Positions 25,198-38,159 of a stretch of DNA of 64,000 bases are shown here, piece after piece. Each line of letters begins with the position of its first letter. Position 1 is the stretch's first letter. Source of the stretch: Eledone cirrhosa (lineage: Eukaryota); assembly GCA_964016885.1 (NCBI GenBank), contig OZ024762.1:15996001-16060000 (forward strand), read 5' to 3'. The position numbers and the translations under genes were made by a program. The notes below the pieces were generated by a model. It had not been told where the DNA came from. It made no database searches and was given only the letters and a program-made list of their open reading frames with translations.

Positions 25198-25571
25198 AAA
25201 ATATGGTTTTATAAATATAGTTTCCATTTATTTAATATCAATTTCAGTTTATGTCCGCTTTTTCCCTGCTTGCAAGGGTGGGACGGGAACTGATTCTGGC
25301 TTGATCTCTACAGCTGGATGCCCTTCCTAACACCAACCTCATTTACAGTGAGTGCTGGGTGCTTTTTTGTCATGGCGCCTCCAGGACCACTTTGCAGTGG
25401 AATGATAGGGACCCCAGTCCCTATCATCTCATTTCTACAACTGAGTAAACTGGAGCAATGTGAAATAAAGTGTCTTGCTCAAGGAAACAACACATCACCC
25501 GGTCTGAGAATTGAACTCACAACCTTTCGATTGCAAGGCCAATGCTCTAACCACTAAGCCATGTGCCTCCA

Positions 25572-25603
<32 letters not shown>

Positions 25604-25867
25604 TTCTCCTGGGTTCAATCAGGGGTAACCACAGTAAGGTACTCAATACATAACTGAGTATAAATGTTTAATATAGAAATGACTTCAACAGGACAAGAAC
25701 TGTTTCATTTATATATATATATAAAGAATGATGATGATGATAAATATATATGTATATATATAATTAAAAGTTTAACAAGGTTCAATGAATTCATCAATGA
25801 ATAAAGTTTCACAATAGATTATAAGCACTCTACAGCAAGGTTTTCTGGAGTTATTAATATTTTGAAG

Positions 25868-25911
<44 letters not shown>

Positions 25912-25985
25912 AAATGAAGTAATTCCGTCGGAAAAGTCCAGGAAAAAAGAGTGCTCTATGTAGGTAACAGAGCTTAATAGTTACA

Positions 25986-26028
<43 letters not shown>

Positions 26029-26400
26029 TCATCATCACCATTTTACATCCGTTCTTCCACGCTAGCATGGGTTAGACGGGTTGTCCTGTTGTGGGCAGTG
26101 TCTGGTCGGCTGACCATGCCTTGCTCATACAAGAACTGATTTGGCTTGATTTCTACAGCTGGATGCCCTTCCTAACACCAACCTCATTTACAGTGAGTGC
26201 TGGGTGCTTTTTCGTGGCGCCTACACGTCCACTTTACAGTGTGGGCTGGGTGCTTTTTTGCCGTGGCACCTCCACGACCACCTTGCGGTGGGGGGTGTGG
26301 GGGCATATTGTCTATATGCTTCAGCTTGTACCCATGGGAGGTCGGGTACTCTAATATATATCTATATCTATATGTGTAAACACATAAATCTCTATTCCAG

Positions 26401-26527
26401 ATCATTTATGTTGTTAGAAATCCTAAAGATATTCTGGTGTCATACTACCATTTCCTAAAGATGTTGAATGCCTGGAAGTTTGTTGGAACATTTGAAGAAT
26501 TCTGTGATAGATTTACAAAAGACCAAG
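26401..26527 (+). CDS. Sulfotransferase coding exon 3
   Basis: Acceptor tattccag|ATC. Encodes IIYVVRNPKDILVSYYHFLKMLNAWKFVGTFEEFCDRFTKDQ, with the 3'-phosphate-binding motif RNPKDxxVSYY. Donor G|gtgagt. 127 bp; not shown in this frame in the ORF track. Confidence 0.96.
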
Positions 26528-26564
26528 GTGAGTTATAGCTTTATATATAACAGTTCTTTAGTTC

Positions 26565-27055
26565 ATCAACACCACTACTACTACTACGCCCTCCACCATT
26601 AACACCACCACCACTACTACTACTACACCCTCCACCATTAACACCACCACCACTACTACTATGCCCTCCACCATTAACACCACCACTACTACTACTACAC
26701 CCTCCACCATCAACACCACCACTACTACTACTATGCCCTCCACCATCAACACCACCACTACTACTACTACACCCTCCACCATCATCAACACCACCACCAC
26801 TACTACTACACCCTCCACCATCATCAACACCACCTCCACTACTACTACACCCTCCACCATCATCAACACCACCACTATTACTACTACACCCTCCACCATC
26901 ATCAACACCAGCACTACTACTATACCCTCCACCATCAACACCACCACCCTTAACACTACCATCATCAAGACCACCACCACCACCACTATCACCACTGTCA
27001 TCACCAGCAACACCATCAACCCCACCACCACCATCATCAACACCATCATCAGCAC
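26565..27055. repeat. CAC/CAT/TAC triplet-derived minisatellite (intron 3)
   Basis: 36-39-bp units ccctccaccatcaacaccaccactactactacta. Confidence 0.9.
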
Positions 27056-27144
27056 AAGCAGCTTTATCACCATGAATGTGGCTACTACTTCTAGCAGGTG
27101 TAAAAACTGCTGTGATGACCACTTTTTTTCCCATTCACTCTAAA

Positions 27145-29113
27145 GTTGGTTGACTAGTTGGTGTGTTGGTGGACTAGCTGGTGTGTTGGTTGACTAGCTG
27201 AGGTGTCGGTGTGTTGGTTGACTAGCTGGTGTGTTGGTGGTTAGCTGGTGTGTTGGTTGACGAGCTGGTGTGTTGGTTGACTAGCTGATGTGTTGGTGTG
27301 TTGGTTAACTAGCTGGTGTGTTGGTTAACTAGCTGGTGTATTGGTTGACTAGCTGGTGTGTTGGTTGATTAGCTGGTGTGTTGGTTGATTAGCTGGTGTG
27401 TTGGTTGATTAGCTGGTGTGTTGGTGTGTTGGTTGACTAGCTGAGGTGTTGGTGTGGTGTTGTTTGACTAGTTGATGTGTTGGTTGACTAGCTGGTGTGT
27501 TGGTCAACTACTTGGTGTGTTGGTTGACTAGCTGGTGTGTTGGTTGACTAGTTGGTGTGTTGGTTGACTAGCTGGTGTGTTGGTGTGTTAGTTGGCTAGC
27601 TGGTGTGTTGGTATGTTGGTTGACTAGTTGGTGTGTTGGTCAACTACTTGGTGTGTTGGTTGACTAGCTGGTGTGTTGGTTGACTAGTTGGTGTGTTGGT
27701 TGACTAGCTGGTGTGTTGGTTGACTAGCTGGTGTGTTGGTTGAGTAGTTGGTGTGTTGGTTGACTAGCTGGTGTGTTGGTTGACTAGCTGGTGTGTTGGT
27801 GTGTTGGTTGACTAGCTGGTGTGTTGGTGTGTTAGTTGAGTAGCTGGTGTGTTAGTGTGTTGGTTGACTAGCTGGTGTGTTGGTGTGTTGGTTGAATGGT
27901 TGGTGTGTTGGTGGTTAGCTGGTGTGTTGGTTGATTAGCTGATGTGTTGGTTGACTAGTTGGTGTGTTGGTCAACTAGTTGGTGTGTTGGTTGACTAGTT
28001 GGTGTGTTGGTTGACTAGCTGGTGTGTTGGTTGACTAGTTGGTGTGTTGGTTGACTAGCTGGTGTGTTGGTTGACTAGTTGGTGTGTTGGTTAACTAGCT
28101 GGTGTGTTGGTTAACTATCTGGTGTGTTGGTTGACTGGCTGGTGTGTTGGTTGACTAGTTGGTGTGTTAGTTAACTAGCTGGTGTGTTGGTTAACTAGCT
28201 GGTGTGTTGGTTGACTGGCTGGTGTGTTGGTTGACTAGTTGGTGTGTTGGTTGACTAGTTGGTGTGTTGGTTGACTAGTTGGTGTGTTGGTTGACTAGCT
28301 GGTGTGTTGGTTGACTAGCTGGTGTGTTAGTTGACTAGCTGGTGTGTTGGTTGACTAGTTGGTGTGTTGGTTGACTAGTTGGTGTGTTGGTTGACTAGTT
28401 GGTGTGTTGGTTGACTAGCTGGTGTGTTGGTTGACTAGCTGGTGTGTTGGTTGACTAGCTGGTGTGTTGGTTGACTAGCTGGTGTGTTGGTTGACTAGTT
28501 GGTGTGTTGGTTGACTAGTTGGTGTGTTGGTTGACTAGCTGGTGTGTTGGTTGACTAGTTGGTGTGTTGGTTGACTAGTTGGTGTGGTGGTTGACTAGCT
28601 GGTGTGTTGGTTGACTAGCTGGTGTGTTGGTGTGTTGCTGTGTTGGTTGACTAGTTGGTTTGTTGGTGTGTTGGTTGACTAGCTGGTGTGTTGATCAACA
28701 AGTTAGTGTGTTAGTTGGCTAGCTGGTGTGTTGGTATGTTGGTTGACTAGTTGGTGTGTTGGTTGACTAGCTGGTGTGTTGGTGTGTTGGTTGACTAACT
28801 GGTGTGTTGGTTGAGTAGCTAGTGTGTTAGTGTGTTGGTTGACTAGCTGGCGTGTTGGTGTGTTGGTTGACTAGCTGATGTGTTGGTTGACTAGCTGGTG
28901 TGTTGGTCAACTAGTTGGTGTGTTGGTTGACTAGCTGGTGTGTTGGTCAACTAGTTGGTGTGTTGGTCAACAAGTTGGTGTGTTAGTTAACTAGTTGGTG
29001 TGTTGGTTGACTAGTTGGTATGTTGGTTAACTAGCTGGTGTGTTGGTTAACTAGCTGGTGTGTTGGTTAACTAGCTGGTGTGTTGGTTAACTAACTAGCT
29101 GGTGTGTTGGTGT
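27145..29113. repeat. 20-bp minisatellite, about 95 copies (intron 3)
   Basis: ggtgtgttggttgactagct; ends 28 bp before exon 4. Confidence 0.96.
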
Positions 29114-29141
29114 ATTACTAAAATCCTGCTTCTTATTGCAG

Positions 29142-29239
29142 TATATTATTCACCATGGGGCAAACATGTGAGAGCAGCCGTGGAATTGAACGAAGAACAA
29201 CAGAACATCCTCATTGTTCAGTACGAAGATTTACATAAG
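29142..29239 (+). CDS. Sulfotransferase coding exon 4
   Basis: Acceptor ttgcag|TA. Encodes VYYSPWGKHVRAAVELNEEQQNILIVQYEDLHK (YEDL motif). Donor AAG|gtaatt. 98 bp, phases match the neighbouring exons. Confidence 0.95.
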
Positions 29240-29854
29240 GTAATTTAGTTCATTCTTATTTTTGTCTTCATCATCATCGTTGTTGTTGTTGTTGTTGTTT
29301 TAACAGATGCATCACATGGTATGGCCATGCTGCATGTTACCATAGCGCTCCTATTGCTCCATCAGGAGTTATGGGTTCAGATAGGGTGATGATGTGGTTG
29401 GCATTAGGAAGTGCATCCAACCATAGAGAACCAGCCAGAAACACCACTATATGAGCGAGACATGGTCACCTGACACAACTTGCCTCTAAATGGGACCCGT
29501 TAAAACCCATGCTAGCGTGGAAGATGGATGTTAATCGATGATGATGATGATATATATATATGCAAAAAGTAAATGGAAACAACAAAGCGAACAACACAGT
29601 ACATCATCATCATCATCATTTAACGTCCATTTTCCACACTAGCATGGGTAAGTCAGGCAGTCCCTGTGTGATTTGTGAGAGATCAGGTCAGAGGACCTTG
29701 ATTCATATAAACAGAACTGATTTTGGCTGGATGCCCGTCCTAGCGCCAACCACATTTACAATAAAGAAATATATTAGTTTAACATAAATATGTGTGTATG
29801 TACAACTCATAGGAGGCCAGCTAAGCCTACATAAATGTGAGCTGTAAATTTAAT

Positions 29855-31853
29855 TTAACCCTTTAGTATTCACATTACTCTATATATACTATTGTATTTT
29901 CACAGTAAAGGCTTTACCTCACATAATATCTCACATAACATTTACATTACTCTATATATACTATTGTATTTTCACAGTAAAGGCTTTACCTCACATAATA
30001 TCTCACATAACATTTACATTACTCTATATTTACTATTGTATTTTCACAGTAAAGGCTTTACATCACATAACATTTACATTACTCTATATATACTATTGTA
30101 TTTTCACAGTAAAAGCTTTACCTCACATAATATCTCACATAACATTTACATTACTCTATATATACTATTGTATTTTCACAGTAAAGGCTTTACCTCACAT
30201 AATATCTCATAACATTTACATTACTCTATATATATACTATTGTATTTTCACAGTAAAGGCTTTACCTCACATAATATCTCACATAACATTTACATTACTC
30301 TATATTTACTATTGTATTTTCACAGTAAAGGCTTTACATCACATAACATTTACATTACTCTATATATACTATTGTATTTTCACAGTAAAAGCTTTACCTC
30401 ACATAATATCTCACATAACATTTACATTACTCTATATATACTATTGTATTTTCACAGTAAAGGCTTTACCTCACATAATATCTCATAACATTTACATTAC
30501 TCTATATATATACTATTGTATTTTCACAGTAAAGGCTTTACCTCACATAATATCTCACATAACATTTACATTACTCTATATATACCTGGGTGATGAAATC
30601 AGCAGTGGTGGAGGGTGTTCTGAAAGTACAGTAGCCAGAGTCAGAACGGGATGGAAAAAGTTCAGAGAGCTTATACTGCTGTTAGCCACAAAAGGTTTCT
30701 CTCTAAAAATGAAAGGCAGATTGTATGATGCCTGTATATGAACAGCAATGCTACATGGCAGTGAGACATGGGCATTACGTGCAGAGGACCTGCGTAGACT
30801 GGAAAGGAACAAAGCATGCATGCTCCGTTGGATGTGTAATAGTAATATATGTGAACGGCAAAGCATAAATGAACTAAGTGAGAAATTAGGAATAAGAGGG
30901 ATCAGATGCTGTTTACTTGAGAGAAGACTACGTTGGTATGGTCACGTGATGCACATGAAAGACGACAGCTGCATAAAAAAGTGCAGGGCAATCAAAATTG
31001 ATGGTAGTTACGGAGTAGGTAGACCCAGAAAAACCTGGGATGATCTGATAAATTCCGACCTCACACACTTACACCTCTCTAAGACAATGTCTCTGGACCG
31101 AGATCTTTGGCGCTACGCAGTAATACAGAAGACCCGCCTTGCAAAGCGAAACCTACAGTCAGTAGGCACCTTTTAACCAAATATACACCCCAATCCACTA
31201 CTCCTACCCTATCCTCCCACTCCCACCAACAGCACGAGAAAATGAGATCGAGATCGTGTAGGTGTCGCGACAAAAAACACACACAGTCCATGCTGTAATG
31301 TGGCCGTGTAGGTAACACGGTAAAAAGTTCCCAGTTCCACACTGTAAATGTGGTTGGTGTTAGGAAGGGCATCCAGCCGTAGAAAACCTGCCAGATAGTC
31401 CTATATGAGCGAGACACGGTCACCCAACCAGCCTTGCCTCAAGTGGGACAACTCCCGTCTAACCCATGCTAGCGTGGAAAATGGATGTTAAACGAAGATG
31501 ATGATGATGATGATACTATTGTATTTTCACAGTAAAGTCTTTACCTCACATAATATCTCACATAACATTTACATTACTCTATATATACTATTGTATTTTC
31601 ACAGTAAAGGCTTTACCTCACATAATATCTCACATAACATTTACATTACTCTATATATACTATTGTATTTTCACAGTAAAGGTTTTACCTCACATAATAT
31701 CTTACTTAATATCGAATCTATGAGATTTTGAAAGTATTTATTTTGAGAACGATACCTTAACATCAGTTTGAGCGACCAGTTACAGCCAGTTTGAACAGAA
31801 AGAGGTAGAGAATTCTGGCCGGTTTGGGCCGGTTTGAACATTAAAGGGTTAAT
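29855..31853 (+). mobile_element. Same piggyBac-like element with an expanded 72/60-bp satellite, interrupted by a LINE (intron 4)
   Basis: ttaaccctttagtattcac ... cattaaagggttaa; arrays at 29870-30580 and 31513-31700. Confidence 0.75.
30580..31512 (+). mobile_element. RTE-clade LINE 3' fragment with an associated antisense SINE-like piece, inserted into the 72-bp satellite
   Basis: YLGDEISSGGGC...MLHGSETWAL...RRLRWYGHV...GRPRKTW; tail aacccatgctagcgtggaaaatggatgttaaacg(atg)n. Confidence 0.85.
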
Positions 31854-31895
31854 TAATTAAACAAAATTTTATTTTGTATTTTTGCTTATTTTCAG

Positions 31896-32079
31896 GATCT
31901 TGCTGGCAGTGTGCAGCGTATTGCCAAATTTCTCGGTAAAGATTTAACGGAGTCGCAACTATTGACGATCTGTCATCGATGTTTATTTAAGAATATGTGT
32001 CAAAATAAAAGTGTCAATTACTCTTGGTGGGACAGTATGGGAATTCGAGATCAAACTCAGACACAGTTTCTTCGACGTG
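31896..32079 (+). CDS. Sulfotransferase coding exon 5
   Basis: Acceptor ttttcag|GAT. Encodes DLAGSVQRIAKFLGKDLTESQLLTICHRCLFKNMCQNKSVNYSWWDSMGIRDQTQTQFLRR-G. Donor G|gtaagt. 184 bp. Confidence 0.96.
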
Positions 32080-32569
32080 GTAAGTAGAAATAAATTTATT
32101 GAATGCTGGGTAGTGGGGAATTGGATGTAAGACATGGGACTGTCTTGTTCCGGTGTGGAGAAATGAGAGGCAGCTTCAACAAGTCTCTACTTACTGGGAC
32201 AAATTTATAGAATGTTGAGTAGTGGGGAATTGGAGGTAAGACATGGGTCTGTCTCGTCCCGGTGTGGAGAAACAAAAGGCAGCTTCACCAAATCTCTACT
32301 TCTAAGTCTACTTCATGGCCCAGTGGTAAGGGTGTTGGACTTGTGATCATAATGTTGTGTGTTCAATTCCTGGACTGGGTTGTGTGTTGTGTTCTTGAGC
32401 AAAACACTTCATTTCACGTTGTTCCAGTATACTCAGCTGAAAATAAGTACTAGCAATAGCTGGGGATTTAACCCTGTGGTGGACTGGTTCAATGGGTAAG
32501 TCTTGTACTCTCAGTCGCTTCATGCTATGAAAGTGGGATATGCACCGGCCTAACGAGCCTTCTGGCTGA

Positions 32570-35394
32570 ACCATTTAGCATTTAAACCGGCCGTATCTAG
32601 CTAGAATCTCTCACCTTTTTCTGTTCAGACTAGCTGTAACTGACCTCTAATATGGACGTTAAGGGAATGTTCTCAAAATAAATACTATCAAAATGTCATA
32701 GATTTGATATTATGTGAGATAAACCTTTTACTATGACAATACAATAGTATATATAGAGTAATGTAAATGTTATGTGAGATATTATGTGAGGTAAAGCATT
32801 TACTGTGAAAATACAATAGTATATATAGAGTAATGTAAATGTTATGTGAGATATTATGTGAGATAAACCTTTTACTATGACAATACAATAGTATATATAG
32901 AGTAATGTAAATGTTATGTGAGATATTATGTGAGGTAAACCTTTTACTATGACAATACAATAGTATATATAGAGTAATGTAAATGTTATGTGAGATAAAC
33001 CTTTTACTATGACAATACAATAGTATATATAGAGTAATGTAAATGTTATGTGAGATATTATGTGAGATAAACCTTTTACTATGACAATACAATAGTATAT
33101 ATAGAGTAATGTAAATGTTATGTGAGATATTATGTGAGGTAAAGCCTTTACTGTGAAAATACAATAGTATATATAGAGTAATGTAAATGTTATGTGAGAT
33201 ATTATGTGAGGTAAAGCCTTTACTGTGAAATTACAATAGTATATATAGAGTAATGTAAATGTTATGTGAGATATTATGTGAGGTAAAGCCTTTACTGTGA
33301 AATTACAATAGTATATATAGAGTAATGTAAATGTTATGTGGGATATTATGTGAGGTAAAGCCTTTACTGTGAAAATACAATAGTATATGTAGAGTAATGT
33401 AACTATTATGTGAGGTAAAGTCTTTACTGTGAAAATACAATAGCATATATAGAGTAATGTAAATGTTATGTGAGATATTATGTGAGGTAAAGCCTTTACT
33501 GTGAAAATACAATAGCATATATAGAGTAATGTAAATGTTATTGAGATATTATGTCAGGTAAACCTTTTACTATGACAATACAATAGTATATATAGAGTAA
33601 TGTAAATGTTATGTGAGATATTATGTGAGATAAACCTTTTACTATGACAATACAATAGTATATATAGAGTAATGTAAATGTTATGTGAGATATTATGTGA
33701 GGTAAACCTTTACTGTGAAATTACAATAGTATATATAGAGTAATGTAAATGTTATGTGGGATATTATGTGAGGTAAAGCCTTTACTGTGAAAATACAATA
33801 GTATATATAGAGTAATGTAAATGTTATGTGAGATATTATGTGAGGTAAAGCCTTTACTGTGAAATTACAATAGTATATATATAGAGTAATGTAAATGTTA
33901 TGTGGGATATTATGTGAGGTAAAGCCTTTACTGTGAAAATACAATAGTATATATAGAGTAATGTAACTATTATGTGAGGTAAAGTCTTTACTGTGAAAAT
34001 ACAATAGCATATATAGAGTAATGTAAATGTTATGTGAGATATTATGTGAGGTAAAGCCTTTACTGTGAAAATACAATAGCATATATAGAGTAATGTAAAT
34101 GTTATTGAGATATTATGTCAGGTAAACCTTTTACTATGACAGTACAATAGTATATATAGAGTAATGTAAATGTTATGTGAGATATTATGTGAGATAAACC
34201 TTTTACTATGACAATACAATAGTATATATAGAGTAATGTAAATGTTATGTGAGATATTATGTGAGATAAACCTTTTACTATGACAATACAATAGTATATA
34301 TAGAGTAATGTAAATGTTATGTGAGATATTATGTGAGGTAAACCTTTACTGTGAAATTACAATAGTATATATAGAGTAATGTAAATGTTATGTGGGATAT
34401 TATGTGAGGTAAAGCCTTTACTGTGAAAATACAATAGTATATATAGAGTAATGTAAATGTTATGTGAGATATTATGTGAGGTAAAGCCTTTACTGTGAAA
34501 TTACAATAGTATATATAGAGTAATGTAAATGTTATGTGAGATATTATGTGAGGTAAAGCCTTTACTGTGAAATTACAATAGTATATATAGAGTAATGTAA
34601 ATGTTATGTGGGATATTATGTGAGGTAAAGCCTTTACTGTGAAAATACAATAGTATATATAGAGTAATGTAAATGTTATGTGAGATATTATGTGAGGTAA
34701 AGCCTTTACTGTGAAATTACAATAGTATATATAGAGTAATGTAAATGTTATGTGAGATATTATGTGAGGTAAAGCCTTTACTGTGAAATTACAATAGTAT
34801 ATATAGAGTAATGTAAATGTTATGTGGGATATTATGTGAGGTAAAGCCTTTACTGTGAAATTACAATAGTATATATAGAGTAATGTAAATGTTATGTGAG
34901 ATATTATGTGAGGTAAAGTCTTTACTGTGAAATTACAATAGTATATATAGAGTAATGTAAATGTTATGTGGGATATTATGTGAGGTAAAGCCTTTACTGT
35001 GAAAATACAATAGTATATATAGAGTAATGTAACTATTATGTGAGGTAAAGTCTTTACTGTGAAAATACAATAGCATATATAGAGTAATGTAAATGTTATG
35101 TGAGATATTATGTGAGGTAAAGCCTTTACTGTGAAATTACAATAGCATATATAGAGTAATGTAAATGTTATTGAGATATTATGTCAGGTAAAGCCTTTAC
35201 TGTGAAATTACAATAGCATATATAGAGTAATGTAAATGTTATGTGAGATATTATGTGAGGTAAAGTCTTTACTGTGAAAATACAATAGCATATATAGAGT
35301 AATGTAAATGTTATGTGAGATATTATGTGAGGTAAAGCCTTTACTGTGAAAATACAATAGTATATATAGAGTAATGTAAATGCTAAAATGTTAA
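32570..35394 (-). repeat. Same element in reverse orientation with a 2.7-kb 72/60-bp satellite (intron 5)
   Basis: Array 32705-35385 is the reverse complement of the 72-bp unit; ends taaatgctaaaatgttaa; element tail at 32570-32705. Confidence 0.93.
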
Positions 35395-35594
35395 GACAAA
35401 CTTTAGACTTTTTTTTAAAGACATGGTTTCATGTTCAATCCCACTGCGTGGTACCTGCAACACATCTCTGTACACAGAATCACTGAGACTCACAGAAGAG
35501 ATGATGAAAAAACGCGACATGTGAAGAGATGGTCTGCTGAAAAGGACTCGTCCAACCTATGATGATTGATGATTGTTTTGTTTTATATTTGCAG

Positions 35595-35728
35595 GTCAAG
35601 TTGGAGATTGGAAACATTACCTGTCACCTTTCATTAGTCGAAGGGTCGAGAAAATGGTGAAAGATAACTTAACTGATGTCACTCTGGATATTGAGTATGA
35701 CTTAACAGTTCCGACAACCCTGGAGTGA
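35595..35728 (+). CDS. Sulfotransferase coding exon 6 (terminal, TGA stop)
   Basis: Acceptor tttgcag|GT. Encodes GQVGDWKHYLSPFISRRVEKMVKDNLTDVTLDIEYDLTVPTTLE*, completing RRGQVGDWK (RKGxxGDWK motif). Spliced CDS is 1290 nt with no frameshift. AATAAA signals near 36406/36415 and 37440. Confidence 0.95.
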
Positions 35729-36461
35729 AGGAAGGAGCACTTCAACTTCTAGACTCCACACTCAAGTGTGACTTAACACTTCAACAACACTGGTTAAGTT
35801 GAAGTCCATGAACCGCATCTGGCCTGTTTGTCTTTCTGAATGGCACACCTAATTTTGATATTGCCTTGAAGTATTTCAGTAGTGTGGCCCAGCTTATGGT
35901 AAGCCACATTCTATGTGGCCCTTGCCTGTTCTAGATTCTAGACATGAAACAAGAATTAACACTTCTAATAACATGATGTCGATGATGGTGATGGTGTTGA
36001 TGGTGATGGTGTTGATGGTGGTGGTGTTGATGGTGATGGTGTTGATGATGGTGATGGTGGTGGTGGTGTTGATGGTGGTGGTGGTGTTGATGGTGGTGGT
36101 GTTGACGGTGGTGGTGTTGATGATGGTGGTGTTGATGGTGGTGGTGGTGGTGTTGATGAATAACACTTATGATAGGAAAATTTCAACATTAAATGTAAAT
36201 ATTTAATCTTTTCCTTCTTTTCCTTCTTCCTTTCCTTTTTCTTCTCTTTTTTCCTTCTTCTCCTTGCCCTGCTTCTTTTCCTTCTTCTTCTTCACCTTCT
36301 TCTTCTCCCCCCCCCCTCTCTCTCTCTCTCGGTTCCCTGGTTTACTGGATGGTTGGTTGGTTGACTGACTGTAAGAACAAGCCAGCTGTAACTTTGATGT
36401 TGATCAATAAAATCAATAAATTCCTTAGTAGAATCTCTGGCAGCCAATTGTGTAATAATAC

Positions 36462-36497
<36 letters not shown>

Positions 36498-36500
36498 TAT

Positions 36501-36532
<32 letters not shown>

Positions 36533-37400
36533 ATGTTATTGGTGAGGGATTTGCTTCAAAGAACACAGGAGCTATCTATTGCTTCATTCCCTTCTATTTC
36601 ACTGGCATAAATTACTATGGAGAATATATAACAGAGTGTTTTATACCTCGCTTAATGTCTCCCACTCTTTACACTACCGAGGATCTCTTTACTGTAACTC
36701 CATTGATACCTAACCACCAGAAACTGGCTCTGGTTATATGATGCAGTACCTTTGTTAAGTTATGTTCCAAACACCAGATTGAACTGTTTGATACTAAACC
36801 ACCAGAAACTGGCTCTGGTTTTATGATACAGAACCTTTGTTAAGTTATGTTCTAAACACCAGAAACTGGCCCTGGTTTTATGATACAGAACCTTTGTTAA
36901 GTTATGTTCCAAACCACCAGAGCCCAGCTCTGGTTCTATGATACAGAACCTTTGTTAAGTTATGTTCCAACACCAGATTGAGCTGTTTGATACCAAACCA
37001 CCAGAAACTGGCTCTGGTTTCACGATGCAGAACCTTTGTTAAGTTATGTTCCAAACCACCAGAAACCAGTTCTAATGACTCTGGTAGTCTGCCGTCCACA
37101 CATGTGTATCATCATCATCATCATCATCATCATTGTTTTTTACATCCATTTTTCAACACTAGCATGGCTCAGATAGGTTATGGATTTAGTAAAAACGATT
37201 TTCCTGTCCATTCTTTGATGTGTTATCTCTTATCTTACCAACAGAGAGATTCTCCAGTCTGTTGTGTAATATGGCATTACACGGGCAATACCAACTTAAT
37301 TTATGAAATTGGATGCCAGTAGGTGGCTGCTCATGTAGAGATGCAGTTGTATGTGTCTGTTATACTTATGTAACTGTTTTTCTGCATGCATTTTCTGCTG

Positions 37401-37443
<43 letters not shown>

Positions 37444-37488
37444 AAGTTAAATAAAAAGTCAACTGTTTAAAATTTAGCTTTGTTTATT

Positions 37489-37543
37489 ACTGCTATATAT
37501 ATTTCAGTGACAGCCATCTTTGGCTGTGACCTCTTCAGGCAGT
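37489..37543 (-). ncRNA. Type I hammerhead ribozyme motif (intact core)
   Basis: Minus strand reads actgc CTGAAGA ggtcacagcc-aaagat-ggctgtcact GAAA tatata TA gcagt: perfect 5-bp stem I, stem II, palindromic stem III and NUH site. Confidence 0.75.
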
Positions 37544-37752
37544 TTGAATTAGTATGGTATAGACAAGTACATATGTTGTTGAGGTGTATAATATTGTCAA
37601 TACTCTGATATGCCCAGTTCCTGGTTGGGTTGTTATTTCACTGTTATTTCCTCAGTGAAATAACAACTCAACCAGGAACTGGGCATATCAGAGTATTGAC
37701 AATATCATACACCTCAACAACATATGTACTTGTCTATACCATACTAATTCAA

Positions 37753-37807
37753 ACTGACTGAAGAGGTCACAGCCAAAGATGGCTGTCACTGAAATATATA
37801 TAGCAGT
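37753..37807 (+). ncRNA. Type I hammerhead ribozyme motif (inverted twin, one mismatch at the base of stem I)
   Basis: actga CTGAAGA ggtcacagccaaagatggctgtcact GAAA tatata TA gcagt. Confidence 0.65.
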
Positions 37808-38000
37808 AATAAACAAAGCTAAATTTTAAACATTTGACTTTTTATTTAACTTTATTTTACATTACTCCGGAGTAACCAAACCAACCTGTGCACTTCATCG
37901 AGTGCTCCAGCCTGCATACTGAGGTGTTGGTATACAACCAACATAAACTCAAAATCTATCTATATATATAGTTATGTAATAAACAACATAAGATAATTAT

Positions 38001-38061
38001 TTCATTTACCAGTGGTTTCTTGAAAGCAGATGTTAGATCTGTTTTCAGTCGTCAGAATGAA
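38001..38061 (-). ncRNA. Type I hammerhead ribozyme motif (second family)
   Basis: Exact reverse complement of the 38099-38159 motif. Confidence 0.65.
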
Positions 38062-38098
38062 TAAAAAACATGGTGTTTTTATACATGGTTTTTTTTTA

Positions 38099-38159
38099 TT
38101 CATTCTGACGACTGAAAACAGATCTAACATCTGCTTTCAAGAAACCACTGGTAAATGAA
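38099..38159 (+). ncRNA. Type I hammerhead ribozyme motif (second family)
   Basis: ttcatt CTGACGA ctgaaaacagat-ctaac-atctgctttcaa GAAA ccactgg TA aatgaa: 6-bp stem I, long stem II (first pair mismatched), short stem III. Confidence 0.65.

Larger units (their letters stand above)
37437..37859. repeat. Near-perfect palindrome, 207-bp arms, 9-bp spacer (inverted Penelope-type terminal repeat)
   Basis: 37437-37643 is the reverse complement of 37653-37859 with about 4 mismatches; each arm holds a hammerhead. Confidence 0.95.

Noticed and set aside
26541-27143. Gly-rich or Thr-rich mucin-like ORFs
   Set aside because: Triplet repeat inside intron 3 of the sulfotransferase, open in several frames on both strands.
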